DNA from: Massalongia carnosa
Lineage: Eukaryota
Assembly: GCA_965645245.1 (NCBI GenBank)
Contig: OZ287067.1
Location: 2,046,001-2,110,000, forward strand
Length of the DNA: 64,000 nt
Direction: 5' to 3'
Translations under genes and position numbers: made by a program
Notes under the pieces: generated by a model
Seen by the model: the letters and a program-made list of their open reading frames with translations, nothing else
Database searches by the model: none
What the model was told of the DNA's origin: nothing
Shown: positions 13,702 through 26,418 of the stretch, piece after piece
Numbering within the stretch: position 1 is the first letter of the stretch
Layout: each line of letters starts with the position of its first letter

Positions 13702-14797
13702 AAACTTTTTGGGTTCTCGATTATTCTATTTTCAAAACTCCATTACCACTACCCAAAGTTAGGTATTGTAGAAAAGTAGGGGTATGCATAAAAATGGGCT
13801 GGAAAGGCGCTGGATTTATGGCTTACAACCTCCCTTTTTTCCCCCTAAAAATTAGGGGTTCACTTTTAATGTTTATGATTCCTAAGTTCACCCAATGTTT
13901 CTCTCAGAATGTTTTCAATCCAGTTCTTTCACTTCAGACAGATCCCCCAACCCCCGCATCTCCTTGCTCTCACCTTCTCCTTCCCCCCAATCTTACCAAT
14001 CACCCCTTCCTTCCCTTCATCTCCTTTCCGGTTCAATCACACCTTCCCTTAAAAGCCCTCACCATGCCTCTTATTTCTTTCTCCGCTATCTTCCACAAAT
14101 TTGTGCCTGGACCTCCGAACCCCCCTCCCCTATTTAGCTTAAATTTAAATTCCTCGGTCCTTCGTTGCCGACGCGACAGACTCCACGTTTTTAGCGTTCG
14201 TTCTCGAAAGTTATCAGTTGAAAATGTGCATGCTTCCAATAAGAGCTGGGAATTATAAGAACGGATGAATGGATGAATGGAGATTAGGGTTTGGCAATAG
14301 AAAAAGCAGCTGAAGGCCTGAGAACAGCAGCGTTTTCAAAAGACGATCAATGGAACGAAAGCGTGTATTGTGGGAGCGGGAGACGAGGAGAGTGAAAGTA
14401 AGCATATCTAGCATGCAAATGAGTCGAAGTTCCGATATATATGAAAAGGGGAAACTGCGTGGCTGATTATTATATTCTGGTTTCTTCATAAGAGAGGGCT
14501 AGTATTTTGCCCTTGCGCTTCCCTGCCCGCCTGTGCGCGGAGGAAAAAATTCCCCAATCTATCTATACATTCACCCGCCTGGATTTTTCCACCTCTTGCC
14601 TTGCATCCACATGAAAAAAAACCCCTCTCCCTCCCACCCCCTTTGGGACTCCCGCACAACCATTTTCACTGACCCGGACTCATCCAAGACAAAAAACTAC
14701 CAACCAACGTTTATATCTTTCCAGATATCACTTCTGGCCCCGATGGTTCCTTCCAAGCAACCCCTAACCCCTAAGGCCTTTAGAAGCAAAAACCCTA

Positions 14798-17700
14798 TCA
14801 TCGCAACGTAGCCTCGATCCTCCCGCGTAGTATTCGACATTCCTCTGCCATGGTCGCATCCAACATGCCACTCTGTAGCACCATCTGTAGCGTCTCCGAC
14901 ACCGCTGCCGCACTTTCCTCGCTTCCGAGCACCTTGACGTGCCCGCGGCTCGTGTGCTGGTACCACAGACGCACGACGTGCAGCAAATCGCGCACAACGT
15001 AACGCGCATTGGGGCCTTGAAACGGGGCTTCGTCGCCGTAGAACATGTCCTCGAGCACGGCGAAAAGGGACTCGAACGGGACGCCGATCTCCACCAGGGT
15101 GTCCGTGACCCAGGTTTCCAGGCCAACGCCGTTTTGGTACTCAAATGCGTAGCGTTTGAGCATAGGGAGGAGGTCAGCAACGGGGAACATGGTGTCTGAA
15201 AGGTTGAGGCGGGGCGCCAGGCTGCGGATTTTTTCTACAATGGCTTCGTAAGGGAGGAGGTCGCCGCGTCTAAGAGTCTCGACGTGGGTGTTTTCGAGGA
15301 GGTTTTGCCAGGTGGTGCGAATGTCTGCGGGGTTGCGGTGATCGGCAGCTTGGTATATGAGAAGGCAGAGGTCGAAGTAACTGGCTTGGTCGGCGTAGGT
15401 GTTGTAAAGCTGGGGCAAATCGTTAGATGAGTTTACATTCTCATAGGTTTCCGGCGGAAGGAGCAAAAAATACTGACTTCGCTGATGCTTAGAACGGGGC
15501 CATTTAGTGCCTTGAGCACTTCGGGCTTTCGACTGGGTGCGATGCGCTCGTCAGATTTGAGGCGCTGGAGAAGATCGTCTTGGATGTTGGCAAGGTCTAA
15601 GAGGTCCGATATTTCTCGGAGAAGGACTTGCCTCGCTGGTCGGGCAATGCCAGGCGCGTAGGTGTTTGCATTCGCCTTTGCCAAGCTCAGATACTCAATC
15701 CGTCGATCAAGCGGCAGCTCGAATCCACTCTTCGCAAGAGCGAGCTGCACTGCAGCTGCATCATTGTAACGTTCTGCTTGGCCGTAATACTTCCAAAGAA
15801 GATTGGCATGTTCGATGTCCTCCGATGCCTTTCGCACCAGGTAAGTAACGACATATGGGGTCTTAATTCCAAGCAACCGATCGGCTTGGCCTTGTTCAAG
15901 ATACCAATCGTACAGGTTTGTTTGAAAGACTTCGTCCATGGACGTATCAATGACCTCGTAAGCTTCCATTCTCCGCCTTTCAGAAATTGAGGTTTGGCCA
16001 TCTGCCACACTCAAAGCCTGATTCGAGGACTGGTCTAGCAACAGTATGACTTGATGGATTAGGTCGTAACATCGTTTTCGTGATTCAAAGGTGGGTATCC
16101 GAGGATCCTGAACGCGTTAATATTTCGTAGATGTGGTAAACGCAGGGAGCATACCTGTTCAGGTCTTCCATCTTGTATCCAAGACAGCGCCCGATTCCCT
16201 CGGTCTGCCTCATGAGCCACATCAAGAGCCAGCTCTATAGCCCCAGCGAAGAAATGCATATGGAGGAATTGCTGCACCGCCCATTGTAGCTGTTCCATCG
16301 AAAGGCTTGCTGTAACCTGCTTAAATAGCCGTAGGCTCTCATTTAATAGATTACGGGCAAACTCGGACTGACTGCCCACTTCGGAAGCCTTCTTCAGCTG
16401 CTCCTGAGCTTTAAATATCACGACATCGTCAGCGCTGCAGAAGCTTCCACATCTTCTTCTCAAAGCCTCTGCCACAGTTTCAACATTTGATCCATTGGCA
16501 ATGTTCCGATTAACTATGGCCTTGACTAATTCTTTCGCCAACTCCTTTCCTTTAACTGTGGTGAACAAACCTTCATAGGTGAGACCCCGGAGTTGTTGTC
16601 TGGTCTCATTGGTGAGGGTGAGTATTATTTCCTCTATTTTTTCGTCAAATAGAACTAGGACAAAAGAGAGGCCTTCTATGATATCACGTATGAGGACCTG
16701 GATCGAATGCAACGCCCGATGCTCGGCTTGAAGAGAAACCTCTTCTTGTTTAGTGGACGCTCGCCCGAGAGCATCCGGGCCAGCCAGACCGTCAATGAAG
16801 CTCTTGTTGGTTTCCAGAAACTCGTTAACTCTGGAAAGATCCTGTTGAATGTCATGAAGTTTTGCCAGGCCCACAGCCGGAGATACTGTGAGACCTCCGC
16901 TCGCAGAGTGCCTCTCCTCCGCAATGGGAGCTTTCCAGATCGAACGAACAAGCCTTGCCACATACAACGACAACCCTTCATGGCGTGGCGAAGGCCGCAC
17001 CAGATCGATTGTCGGTAACGACTGGTCTACCACCGAGTTTTCGTTAAATTGCGGTTTGCCCCCAAACTCGATGAAAGCTTTGCGAGCGTACTCAAGTATC
17101 TCTGGATCTGCAATTCCTGCACCACGTTGATCCTGCGTGCCATCAAATCCCTGACCGCATGCCACAGCCAATGCTATTGACGCCGTTTCGCCGCGTCCAT
17201 ATTGCCGGATGAATTTTTTAACCTGTACTTCGAGTCCTTCATCGCCTCCACCAAGTTTTATTGCAGTTGCAAACATATCTACGAGTCTCTTCCTTCGTAG
17301 CATTTGAATTCCGGTATTGGTCAGAATTGCGACCTCGGATGCAACTTTGTCATACTGCACTGCAAGTTCATTTCCAAACCCTGTTGGGGACGATGCAGCA
17401 GAAAACGGCGCCGACGCCAAACCAATATCTTCGGCGTGACTGCTGAGGCCAATCCAAACGCCAAGTTCAGAGTATTGTGATAGTCTTAAGGGGTCTTGAG
17501 GACGCCCAATGCGGCCCGAATCAGGTCCAGAGACGAACAACCGGTCAATTATGCCTCGGGGCTCCTGAGGTACCAAGCAAAAGAAATAGCCCGGAGGGTA
17601 TCGAACGGCAGATCGGGTTGGATTCAAGGCCTTGGATGAAGTATTTACCCCCTGTGCGCCCAGCCGGTTTCCGTTTCGTGGTGAACCTTGCCGCGTGCCT

Positions 17701-19063
17701 AATTGAGGATCGGGTGGAGGAAATTTAACATGTTGTACCTGCATGCTGCTCGGTGCGTTGGAGGAATCTGTGATTGACCACCCATAAGATGACGTGGCGC
17801 TCATGAAAACTCGACATCCTGTGGATGTGGTGGCCATTAGATGCAGCTTGGAAGCTTCCTGGGAGGAAATGGGATTGATGGACACTATCGTCATTTTGGA
17901 GGATATCAAGTCTGATTGCGACGTCATGTGCCCAATATTGCTAAGCGTTTGGCTTAGAGGTTTTGATATGACAAGGGAAAGCCCAAGGTTTGATTGCATA
18001 TGAAATGTACGGATAGTAGAATATGACGAGAGTGTATACATTAGTTGTCTTGTGTCATCCACCGCAATTTGGGTTATGTACTCTTGCTGGGGTCGTGTAC
18101 CAAATGGAAACGCAGGCGCAAAGGCAGCAATGCCTGCGGTGGTATGATTGATTTTAGTGCATCGGCTTCGAAACCATCTCTCTTCCTGCTGATATGTGGC
18201 TTCATACACGTCGTCGCTACCCCTTCCCGCAAAGAATACTCTCCCAGTAGCAGCAGAGCCCTCAATGAAATTCACATCAATACCTTTGACAGAAAGTGAC
18301 ATATGTGTAGAATATAAAGAGAGGGAATGACCCCCGGTTTTCTCTGGCTGCGCCGATACACCTACAAGATGCATTTCTGTAGTTGTGGCAACAACGAGAA
18401 GTCGGTTGACTTGAGGAACAAAAACACCTGGCCGAGGAACCACCATTCGGACTGCAGTAATGGTGCTTGTTTGCTCCTCAAATCCCAAAAGTTCCGGGTT
18501 TGGGTTTGTGTAATCCCATACATAGAGAGCATTGTCGATGGATACCCAGGCATGGTTGAAATCCGCGAACAATCCCATCATGGTGTTGACCTGTGCTCGA
18601 TTGTATTGCTCAAATATCTTGTCAGGTATAGCGTACAGCTTGCCCTTCTGGAACGGTGCCCATGCCCCTTGGGTTGAGATTTCGTACTCGGAAGATATCC
18701 CCTCTAAGCGCTTGTTAGCTTCATGGCGCAAGACGTTTCAGTTCTGTCATACTTACGGCCGATATAGGTATCTAGCTCCGGATACTTGGTCTCCTGAGCC
18801 AAAACTTCGTTGACTGTTTTTGCGGCTCGATCGATGGGCTTTAAATTCTCTCCTGGTGGCTTTCCACCGTCCGCCGTGACCTGTTGCCCTTGCGCGGCAG
18901 GCGTTAGGCCCTGGCCCTGAAAGCCATGGTTCTTGGTTGAACCAGCCGAAAGTGAGCGTGATATAGGTGGTGGAAGTTGACCAGATGGATATCTGCTCAG
19001 CGCAGGCGTCTGAACGTATGCGCCAGGTAGTGGTCGTTGAGGGGTTTGAACGGGAAAAGACAT
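14798..19063 (-). CDS. NUP170: Nucleoporin Nup157/Nup170 (Nup155 family), multi-exon
   Basis: Exon ORFs 18704-19348, 16059-18731, 15433-16041 and 14798-15466; motifs AWAPFQK, MGLFA...AWVSIDNALYVWDY, LRRRCGSFCSADDV, RIEYLS.A. Confidence 0.93.
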
Positions 19064-19402
19064 GCTCCGTGAGCGAATGTGCAATTCTCCTGGGTTGGTA
19101 AGCTTCCGACATGCGGTGCAAGATTTAATCCAAATGCCCTCGCTATCAGTCTTCAGGCTGCAAGCCAGAAGATCTTCTGAAGCGACAAAGGCTGGAGGAT
19201 ATATGAGAAGTGCGATGATGAACGCGTCCAAATTGTTTTTCTCTGGAATGAGAACATTAGCTACCACGTGACTGGGAGAAGAGCGAGCTCCTCGCGCGGA
19301 GCACCGAGGGTTAGTCAGGAACCGGATTCGTTTCCGGTCAAAAATCATCCCAATTCCCTATTCTTTCAGGAACCCACCGACCCTTGGAAACTACTATTTA
19401 CA

Positions 19403-20062
19403 ATGCCACCCTCAAAGCAGCTCCTTCGGGCTACAACTATGGGCATCAGGTCATACTCGCGAATTAGGAGCCGTTGCGTACAATGTTCGTATTCCACCGC
19501 GTCCACTTCGAGCATTACTACGGCCCCTGAACCTCCTTTACTCGCTAAGATCCGCTCTGATCTGAAGGACGCTTTGAAAGAAAAGGACACTAACCGGTGA
19601 GTCCAACTGCTCAAACTCCCCATCCTTTACGGTGTTAACATTGGAGGTCATAGTTTGAACGTCGTACGGGGGATCCTGGCAGAAATAGTCAGCTTCTCGA
19701 AAGTTAACAAACCCGTCACGACAGACGCTCAATTGGTTGCGCTGCTCAAGTCGCGCACCAAGCTCTCTAAGTCTGCCGCTGCGGATTTCAATGCTAATCA
19801 GCGGGACGACCTGAAAGATAATGAGGAGGCGCAAATTGCTGTCCTGGAGGAGTATATTAATAGTGTGGAGAAGGTTTCGGAAAAAAAATTGACGGAGCTG
19901 GCGGATGAGGTCGCGAACAGATTGGAGGCGATTGGAGTAAAACTACACATGGGCAGTCTCATCAAGGGCGTACTTTTTGCTGTGGAAGGGAGACCGGTCG
20001 AGATGGCAAATGTTACAAGGATTGTCCGGAATACTCTGATAAAACGGCACCGAGAATCATAG
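19403..20062 (+). CDS. AIM41: Mitochondrial YqeY/GatB-like protein (2 exons)
   Basis: Targeting-like N-terminus, then PPLLAKIRSDLKDALKEKDTNR|LNVVRGILAE...F..NQRDDL..EEAQIAVLEEY. Confidence 0.8.
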
Positions 20063-20945
20063 ATCTCTTCATTTGAGAAGGTTCTTGGTCAGACACTCGC
20101 CAAACTCGTCCTGGCTTCGGGGGACTTTAATCTAGAATGCAATAACAAAACGTGCTGGTATGCATGGGAACCTGCCTTTCTCGGAAGTGTTCTTCTTACC
20201 GGATCAACTACTTAATTGGCTGGGCATATAAACTGCATGGAAAATTTAGATTCATGGAGCATGCAATTTCTAGCACGTTTATCTGGAGTCCCGATCCAGG
20301 CATAACCCCCTTTTCTTCCTATCCTGTCTCCCGGTAATATCATAACCCCTAGGTATCCCAAACTACCACACACCAATCACCTGCATTAAAACGGTTTTTC
20401 TTGCTAACTCGGAGAAATCAGCACGGTGATGTTATCCACATTGGCCCAGATTCTTGTTAGGTCCTCAAACACGCAGCTATTCATGTACCCAACCACAGGG
20501 TAAATGTTCAACTATCCATCTGTATCAAAATCTTACTCGACAAATCTTCACTAACTTGTTCATGCAGCTAAGTTACAACAATAGAAAAGCATCGGGAACC
20601 AAGGCGTTCATATTGAAGGACTGAGGATAGTGGGAGATAAATAGATGGATGAAAAGACTCTTTGATTGGACGGTAGAATGAGGGGGATGATTGAGGGTGG
20701 CAAGACGAAAGGCCGATGAACTGGATAAAAAGCGGCGCCGCTCTATCAAGAGTGCTGAGAGCTTACTGTGTACAGAGTACTGTGTACAGAGTACTTCTGT
20801 ACTCGGTAAACTCGGGTAAATATCTACTTTTTACAGCTCAACGCTCACGGCGGATTAATCCCTCCACCTCCCTCCGCGTTTCCTTTCCCTCTTCTTCCCC
20901 CATATTAGTACCACCTTGAAGACGCCCAAACACGCTTCATACTTT

Positions 20946-22748
20946 ATGTCGCACAACTCGGCTGATCTCCCCAGGCCCAATGGCGAACATACCACCGGCG
21001 AACGTACACCACTACTCCACGAAGGATGTGGCAATGGCAATCACCAGACCAACAAGGCTGTAACCTCTGAGGTCGAGCCCAGTACTGCAAAGCTTTTAAG
21101 CATCATGTGCTTTGTATGGCTGGGATCCTTCCTTGCGGCCTTGGGTACGTTATGCGCTCCGATTTGCCTCCAAAATTGGCCACACGTAGGAACCTGACAC
21201 CGCGCTTGATCGGTATCAGATACTACCGTTACCTCAACGCTCTCAGCGCCTATCTCCTCGTCGTTTCATTCGTTATCGCTAATATCATGGTTGGGATCGT
21301 CGTACCTGATCGCTAATGCCGCACTTCAGCCTTTAAGCGGGAAACTGACGGATATCTACTCTCGTCGCTCCGGTTTACTCGTTTGCTCCATCGTCTTCGC
21401 TGTGGGAAACCTGGTCTGCGGTATTGCAAGGAGCCAATCTGCCATCATCCTCGGCCGCGTGGTTACCGGCCTGGGTGGTGGTGGTCTCACTGCTATTTCT
21501 ACGTTTGTGGCTAATGATCTGGTGCCGCTCCGAAGTCGAGGCCTCTGGCAAGGATTTGGAAACATCATGTTTGGGATGGGCCATGGCCTGGGCGGCGTCT
21601 TTGGTGGCTTTATCAATGATGGCTGGGGGTGGCGATGGGCATTCATAATTCAAACGCCGCTGGCGCTGCTTTCCGGCTTTGGCGTCTGGTGCACTCTACC
21701 CGTTCCCAGGGCGGCAAAATCGGGTCGGGAAAAGTCCCGACTTTATCGGGTGGATTTCACCGGCTCGGCGCTGTTGGTCGTAGCTTTAACTTTACTGCTA
21801 CTGGCGCTGAACTCGGGGGGCTCCGTTGTGCCTTGGGCGCATCCTTTAGTAACGGTTACTCTTCCGGCTGCAGCTGTGTTGCTGGGCACCTTCATCTACG
21901 TAGAGGCGTTTGTCGCTCCCGAACCGGTTATCCCCGTGCGGATCCTACTCGATCGAAGCGTCGCGGCCGCTTGCCTGACCAACTGGTTCAACTCCATGGC
22001 CCTCTTCTCGCTGGTCTACTACGTGCCCATCCTATTTCAGTTGCAAGGCCGCTCCACCACCACTGTAGGTGCGCAGCTGATCCCACTCAGCATTGGCACT
22101 GCATTCGGGTCGCTAAACGCTGGCATTATCATACGCGCCACCGGTCGCTTTCAACGCCTCGGCATCGCGATCCTGCTCGTCTTCCTCGCTGGTGCGCTTG
22201 GTTTCGCAGCTAACACCCACCTGGACACCCCCGCGTGGAGCTCGATGCTCAACCTCTTACTCGTTGGCTCCGGTTATGGGGGTACCCTCACCGTCATGTT
22301 GCTTGCGCTGCTAGCCTCGGTACCGCGCGACATGCAGGCCGTCGCGACCGCTACGTCGTACGCATTCCGCTCCACCGGCTCCACCATCGGCGTCACGCTT
22401 GCCTCACTTCTATTCCGCAGCGTGCTACTCCGGCGGCTGCGGGACCTTTTTAGCGATTTCCCAAATGCGACCACGGAGATCGCGCGCATCGCGGACGATT
22501 TTGGTGCCATGTGGCGGTTGCCGATAGGGTTGCGGGCAGGGGTGCTGAGTTGCTACATAGAAGCTTTGAAGGCGGTGTTTATTGTGGTTGTTGGGTTCGC
22601 GGCATTAGCAGTCGGGTGTGGGATGTTTGTTGCGGAGAGAGAATTGGGGTTGACGTTGCAAGGGCCGGGGAAGAACAGTGGTGATGATATTCATGATGGG
22701 GGCGGTAATGGTGGAGTTGGAGGCGAGGAGGTGGAAAATCGATCCTAA
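20946..22748 (+). CDS. MFS transporter, 14-TMS DHA2/VBA-like
   Basis: ERTPLL dileucine motif, SYLIANAALQPLSGKLTDIYSRR, DLVPLRSRGLWQG; one intron about 21145-21219. Confidence 0.9.
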
Positions 22749-23584
22749 ACCACCTTGGAAAAGCAAAATGCTAAAACAGAAAATATTGAGTAAACAACCT
22801 CCTTTAAAAAGCTCGGCAAGGAGATTCCATGATCTTTGACGTGGCTAGATACCTCGTAGTGAAGGAAAAGAACGGGAAAACCTCCCCATGATTCCAGTCT
22901 TTTTCCAACCTATCTATCTTCTGCTAGCCATAGTAAAACAAAGATATCCAACCCTCCTTTCAGGTTTCCCTATCACCTAAAGAAGAGCTTCACCCGCAAA
23001 GGCCGATCAAATAGGTAAGCCAAAATTCGGGAAGTAGAAAGACCAACCCTCTCCAATTCGTCCCTTCCTCCACTAAAACATGGAAATCCTTCGATTAATA
23101 GAGCCATAGAACCCTGAATAATTTTGGGAAAAAGGGAGTTGGTTATAATTTCACTAGTTGGCTCATTCAGTCTCGTAAAGTGCTGACAGTAAGAAGGAGA
23201 AGAAAATCGTCTGGTATAACAAGGAAGAGGGGGTAAAGAAAGGAAAGGGTTATTATTGGGGTATTTCATTTTGTTCTTCAGGTAGCAGGAGGACATTAAG
23301 TGAAAAATTGATAAAGAGCGATGGACGAAGGGATTGAAGATTTGTAATTTTTTTGGAAGATAGGTCTAGGTGGGGGGTTATAGAGGATGCTTATAGTACT
23401 CAGGATCTATGGCTCGGGCAAAAAGGGTTCAATGTTAGATAAGAATTAGGTCCCTTGTAGCTCTTCACAACCGCTTTTGAGACTTGCTTATCCATAGCCG
23501 CAGAGACACATGAGAAGAAGAGAAAATTGGGAGCTTAGAACTCAGTTGACGTATTGCTTTATGTTAAACTGCTTAGAGCAAAAC

Positions 23585-25814
23585 TTAAACGACCTCGACT
23601 ACTCTCTTCGTCCAGCCATGCAATGGATCGCAAGTGTCGAAAAGAACAGCGAGTCCGATGCGAACATACCGACCATCTATGTCTTCCTTGAGATTAATGC
23701 GTCGCAGGAGCAACGCAGAGATGAATTCTTTTGTCGGATATTTTGGGCCTGCGTATCGGAATTTCCCTATTTGAAGACATCCCATTTCGACAACACCAGC
23801 CGGGTCTTCGGCAACATCTAGCCGAGCGGAAGCGCGAGTTTCTGAATGCCCTTGCAGTATCAGTGGCGTTGGGTAACTCTCTGCGAATCTGTTAAGGGGG
23901 GCATTCAAGGCGGTAGCGAGTTTTACATCAGTCCAGAGTCCAAGCAAAACTATCGACCCGGAAGCACTCCCTAGGCAGCCGTTAGCAGTAAGACTAGGGG
24001 AATAATCCAAAAGCTGGACGCTATGCTCGTATGAATGATGGAGGGAAGCGCCCGTTGCTAAAAGATTAATGGTTCCAAAAAGTTGCGCGGAGGATTGATC
24101 CGTTACAAGGTCAAGCGCTGCCCAGCTCCAGGAAGGTGCTCGCGTTGTAGAAGTTTTGGCCATCACGGATGGTGGGTCGCAGTACCATTGCAATCCTCGT
24201 TCAATATCAGATTTCCAAAGACCCGCCAGATAGGTATCGCCCGTGCGCAACTGGACTTGTCGAGCTATACCTGCAATTGCTGGGAGCTTGTCGGTATATT
24301 TAGTCAGCTTCAGGCCGGCATAAGTCCCTACTACATGATACCATTGGTCGTAAATGTTATCTCGCATATGGTAACTCCAGCCTGGCGGGTTTGGGGATAT
24401 GTTCAAAGTCAAACTCGACTTTTCAATCTCGTGCGTGGAGCCGCTTTCCGCATTTGAGTGCTCTGCATGGGCATGGAATTCCGCTCTTAGCATGCCTTCA
24501 ATACCGCCGGGAATTTGCTCCTCAACTACAGGGTCCGTATCATGGAATCCCTCGGCCAAGGTCTTCGTTTGGCATTGCCAGATTATTTGTTGCCCGCCAA
24601 AATGCAGAGTTCGGGCTGCTAGAAGACGTTCCTGCAAAACCCATGCTCTCTGCGTCAAAGGTCCAACTATCTCCTCAAAACCATACCATTCTATCCTGGG
24701 CCTTACATAAACCGGTAAGCTCGCCCCATCTCCTCGATGGAGGCGGCAAAAGATTCCGGCCCTGCGCTTTCGCAAAAAACCCGCCGTACTTTCTACAGCA
24801 TTCGTGGCCGCGATGGTGATGACGGAGTTTTTGTAAATGTCTCCCATTTTGGCTGACTCTTGCATCCAGTCCTCGGCTGAGTCCTGAATGATGCACAAGC
24901 TGTCGATCCATAGGTATTGGATGTCCAGCAGCCTTGTGACGATTATTGCTTCACGAAAATTCCGAGGCATTTCGGCCATGGAGATCCCTTGTATTCTCTT
25001 CTCGAGCGTGGCTGAAGTCAGCTTCAATGTGCCTGTCTTGCCCCAGCAGTGACTTAGTGTAGCCCATTGTCCATGTTGGGCCCCGCTTCGATATAGACGA
25101 GGCGTGCGAGAGCCATCAGATGGTCCAACGTCTATCAAACGCCTTGGCATCGTATACTTAGCGTCTGCGTGGCATCCAGGGTGAGATATTTGGCATGTCG
25201 AGAACCATTCCTTGAATATGCGAGTAGCAGTATTAGATAAAGGGTCAGGCGAAATCAACCTACAACGAGCGTATCCCTTTAAATCGTTAATCCGCTCGCC
25301 TACCGCAAACATCATTCAGCCCTACTTAGCCCAAAACTTGACGTTGAACAATACCCCTATGCGTCCACACTTCAAGAGCTCTCCAAAAAAATGTATCCAG
25401 AGTTTTCGGTATCGTTGGAGTCTTTGGCAGGTTGTTGGCGAAAGTTGGTATAATTACAATCTCGAAGATACCTGCATCATCTTGTCGTATTGTTCCGTCA
25501 AGAAGACATATGTAAATTTGAGCACTGCGGTTTGTTCGAAGCTTGATAATCAAGTCTGACTCCAACTCGTTCTCGGCAGATCCATAAATTCTGTCATCGT
25601 TATTCCAAGTCTGCTCTTCTTCAAGTACTTGAGAGATTAACAGGCAGAGACTGCATTCATTATGGGCAGAGGTACACAGAGCCGTAAAGTTCGCATGATG
25701 TTGATAAGCCCTCTCATATTTTACTAGTTTACACCGCTCAGTTTTATCATCGTATTCAGTCTCGAAGGCAACGAGCTTGTCAAGTCGAATTCCTTGACAG
25801 AGGATGCAAAGCAT
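23585..25814 (-). CDS. Heterokaryon incompatibility (HET) domain protein (2 exons)
   Basis: N-terminal MLCILC; HET motifs PRRLIDV, WATLSHCWG, YLWIDSLCIIQDS.EDW..ES..MG.IY, RAWVLQERLL, RAPSWSWAA. Confidence 0.93.
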
Positions 25815-26418
25815 GGTAAGCTTGGCTCGCTGCCTCGAGCAGAGAAGATCAAATGAAAGCTAAAGTGAGACAACAATATTGGCTTAGCGGTCGTCGGTCC
25901 AGAAAGCAATCGGCGTATAGAATATAAAAGCTTTACTAGGGGTTGCAGGCAGAGAAAGAACTTAAGACTCAGACCTCAGGTTAGCGGCGCAGCTGAAACT
26001 AGCTAGATTAATCGTGTCAAGAAACTAGTAGGCGACTCGCGATTATGGTCAGATCAAGACGACAACATTTGCCACCGCCCAGTTCCTCCTAGTATGGAAA
26101 TATCTCAGTGATTTGGAAATCTCATCTCCTCGCTTTAAACACGCTGGAGATCTTTGCTTCTATATCGCCTTCATAAAACTCGTCATCCTAGTACGTATAT
26201 ACGGCGTTGGACAGCTGTCCTTCTGCATCCCACAAGTTCCTCTGGGTTGACGGCTTGTCAGTTCCAGTTTCTGCTTGTATTTATCTGTCTGTTCGTATTT
26301 GTCTACACCTTGTTCCGGAAAATAAGAAATACCATCACGTATCTACATTTTGTGTGCCAGGCACAGGAATCCGAGATACCAATATAGCTTATACATGACG
26401 AGGTTATCGTTTGAAAAC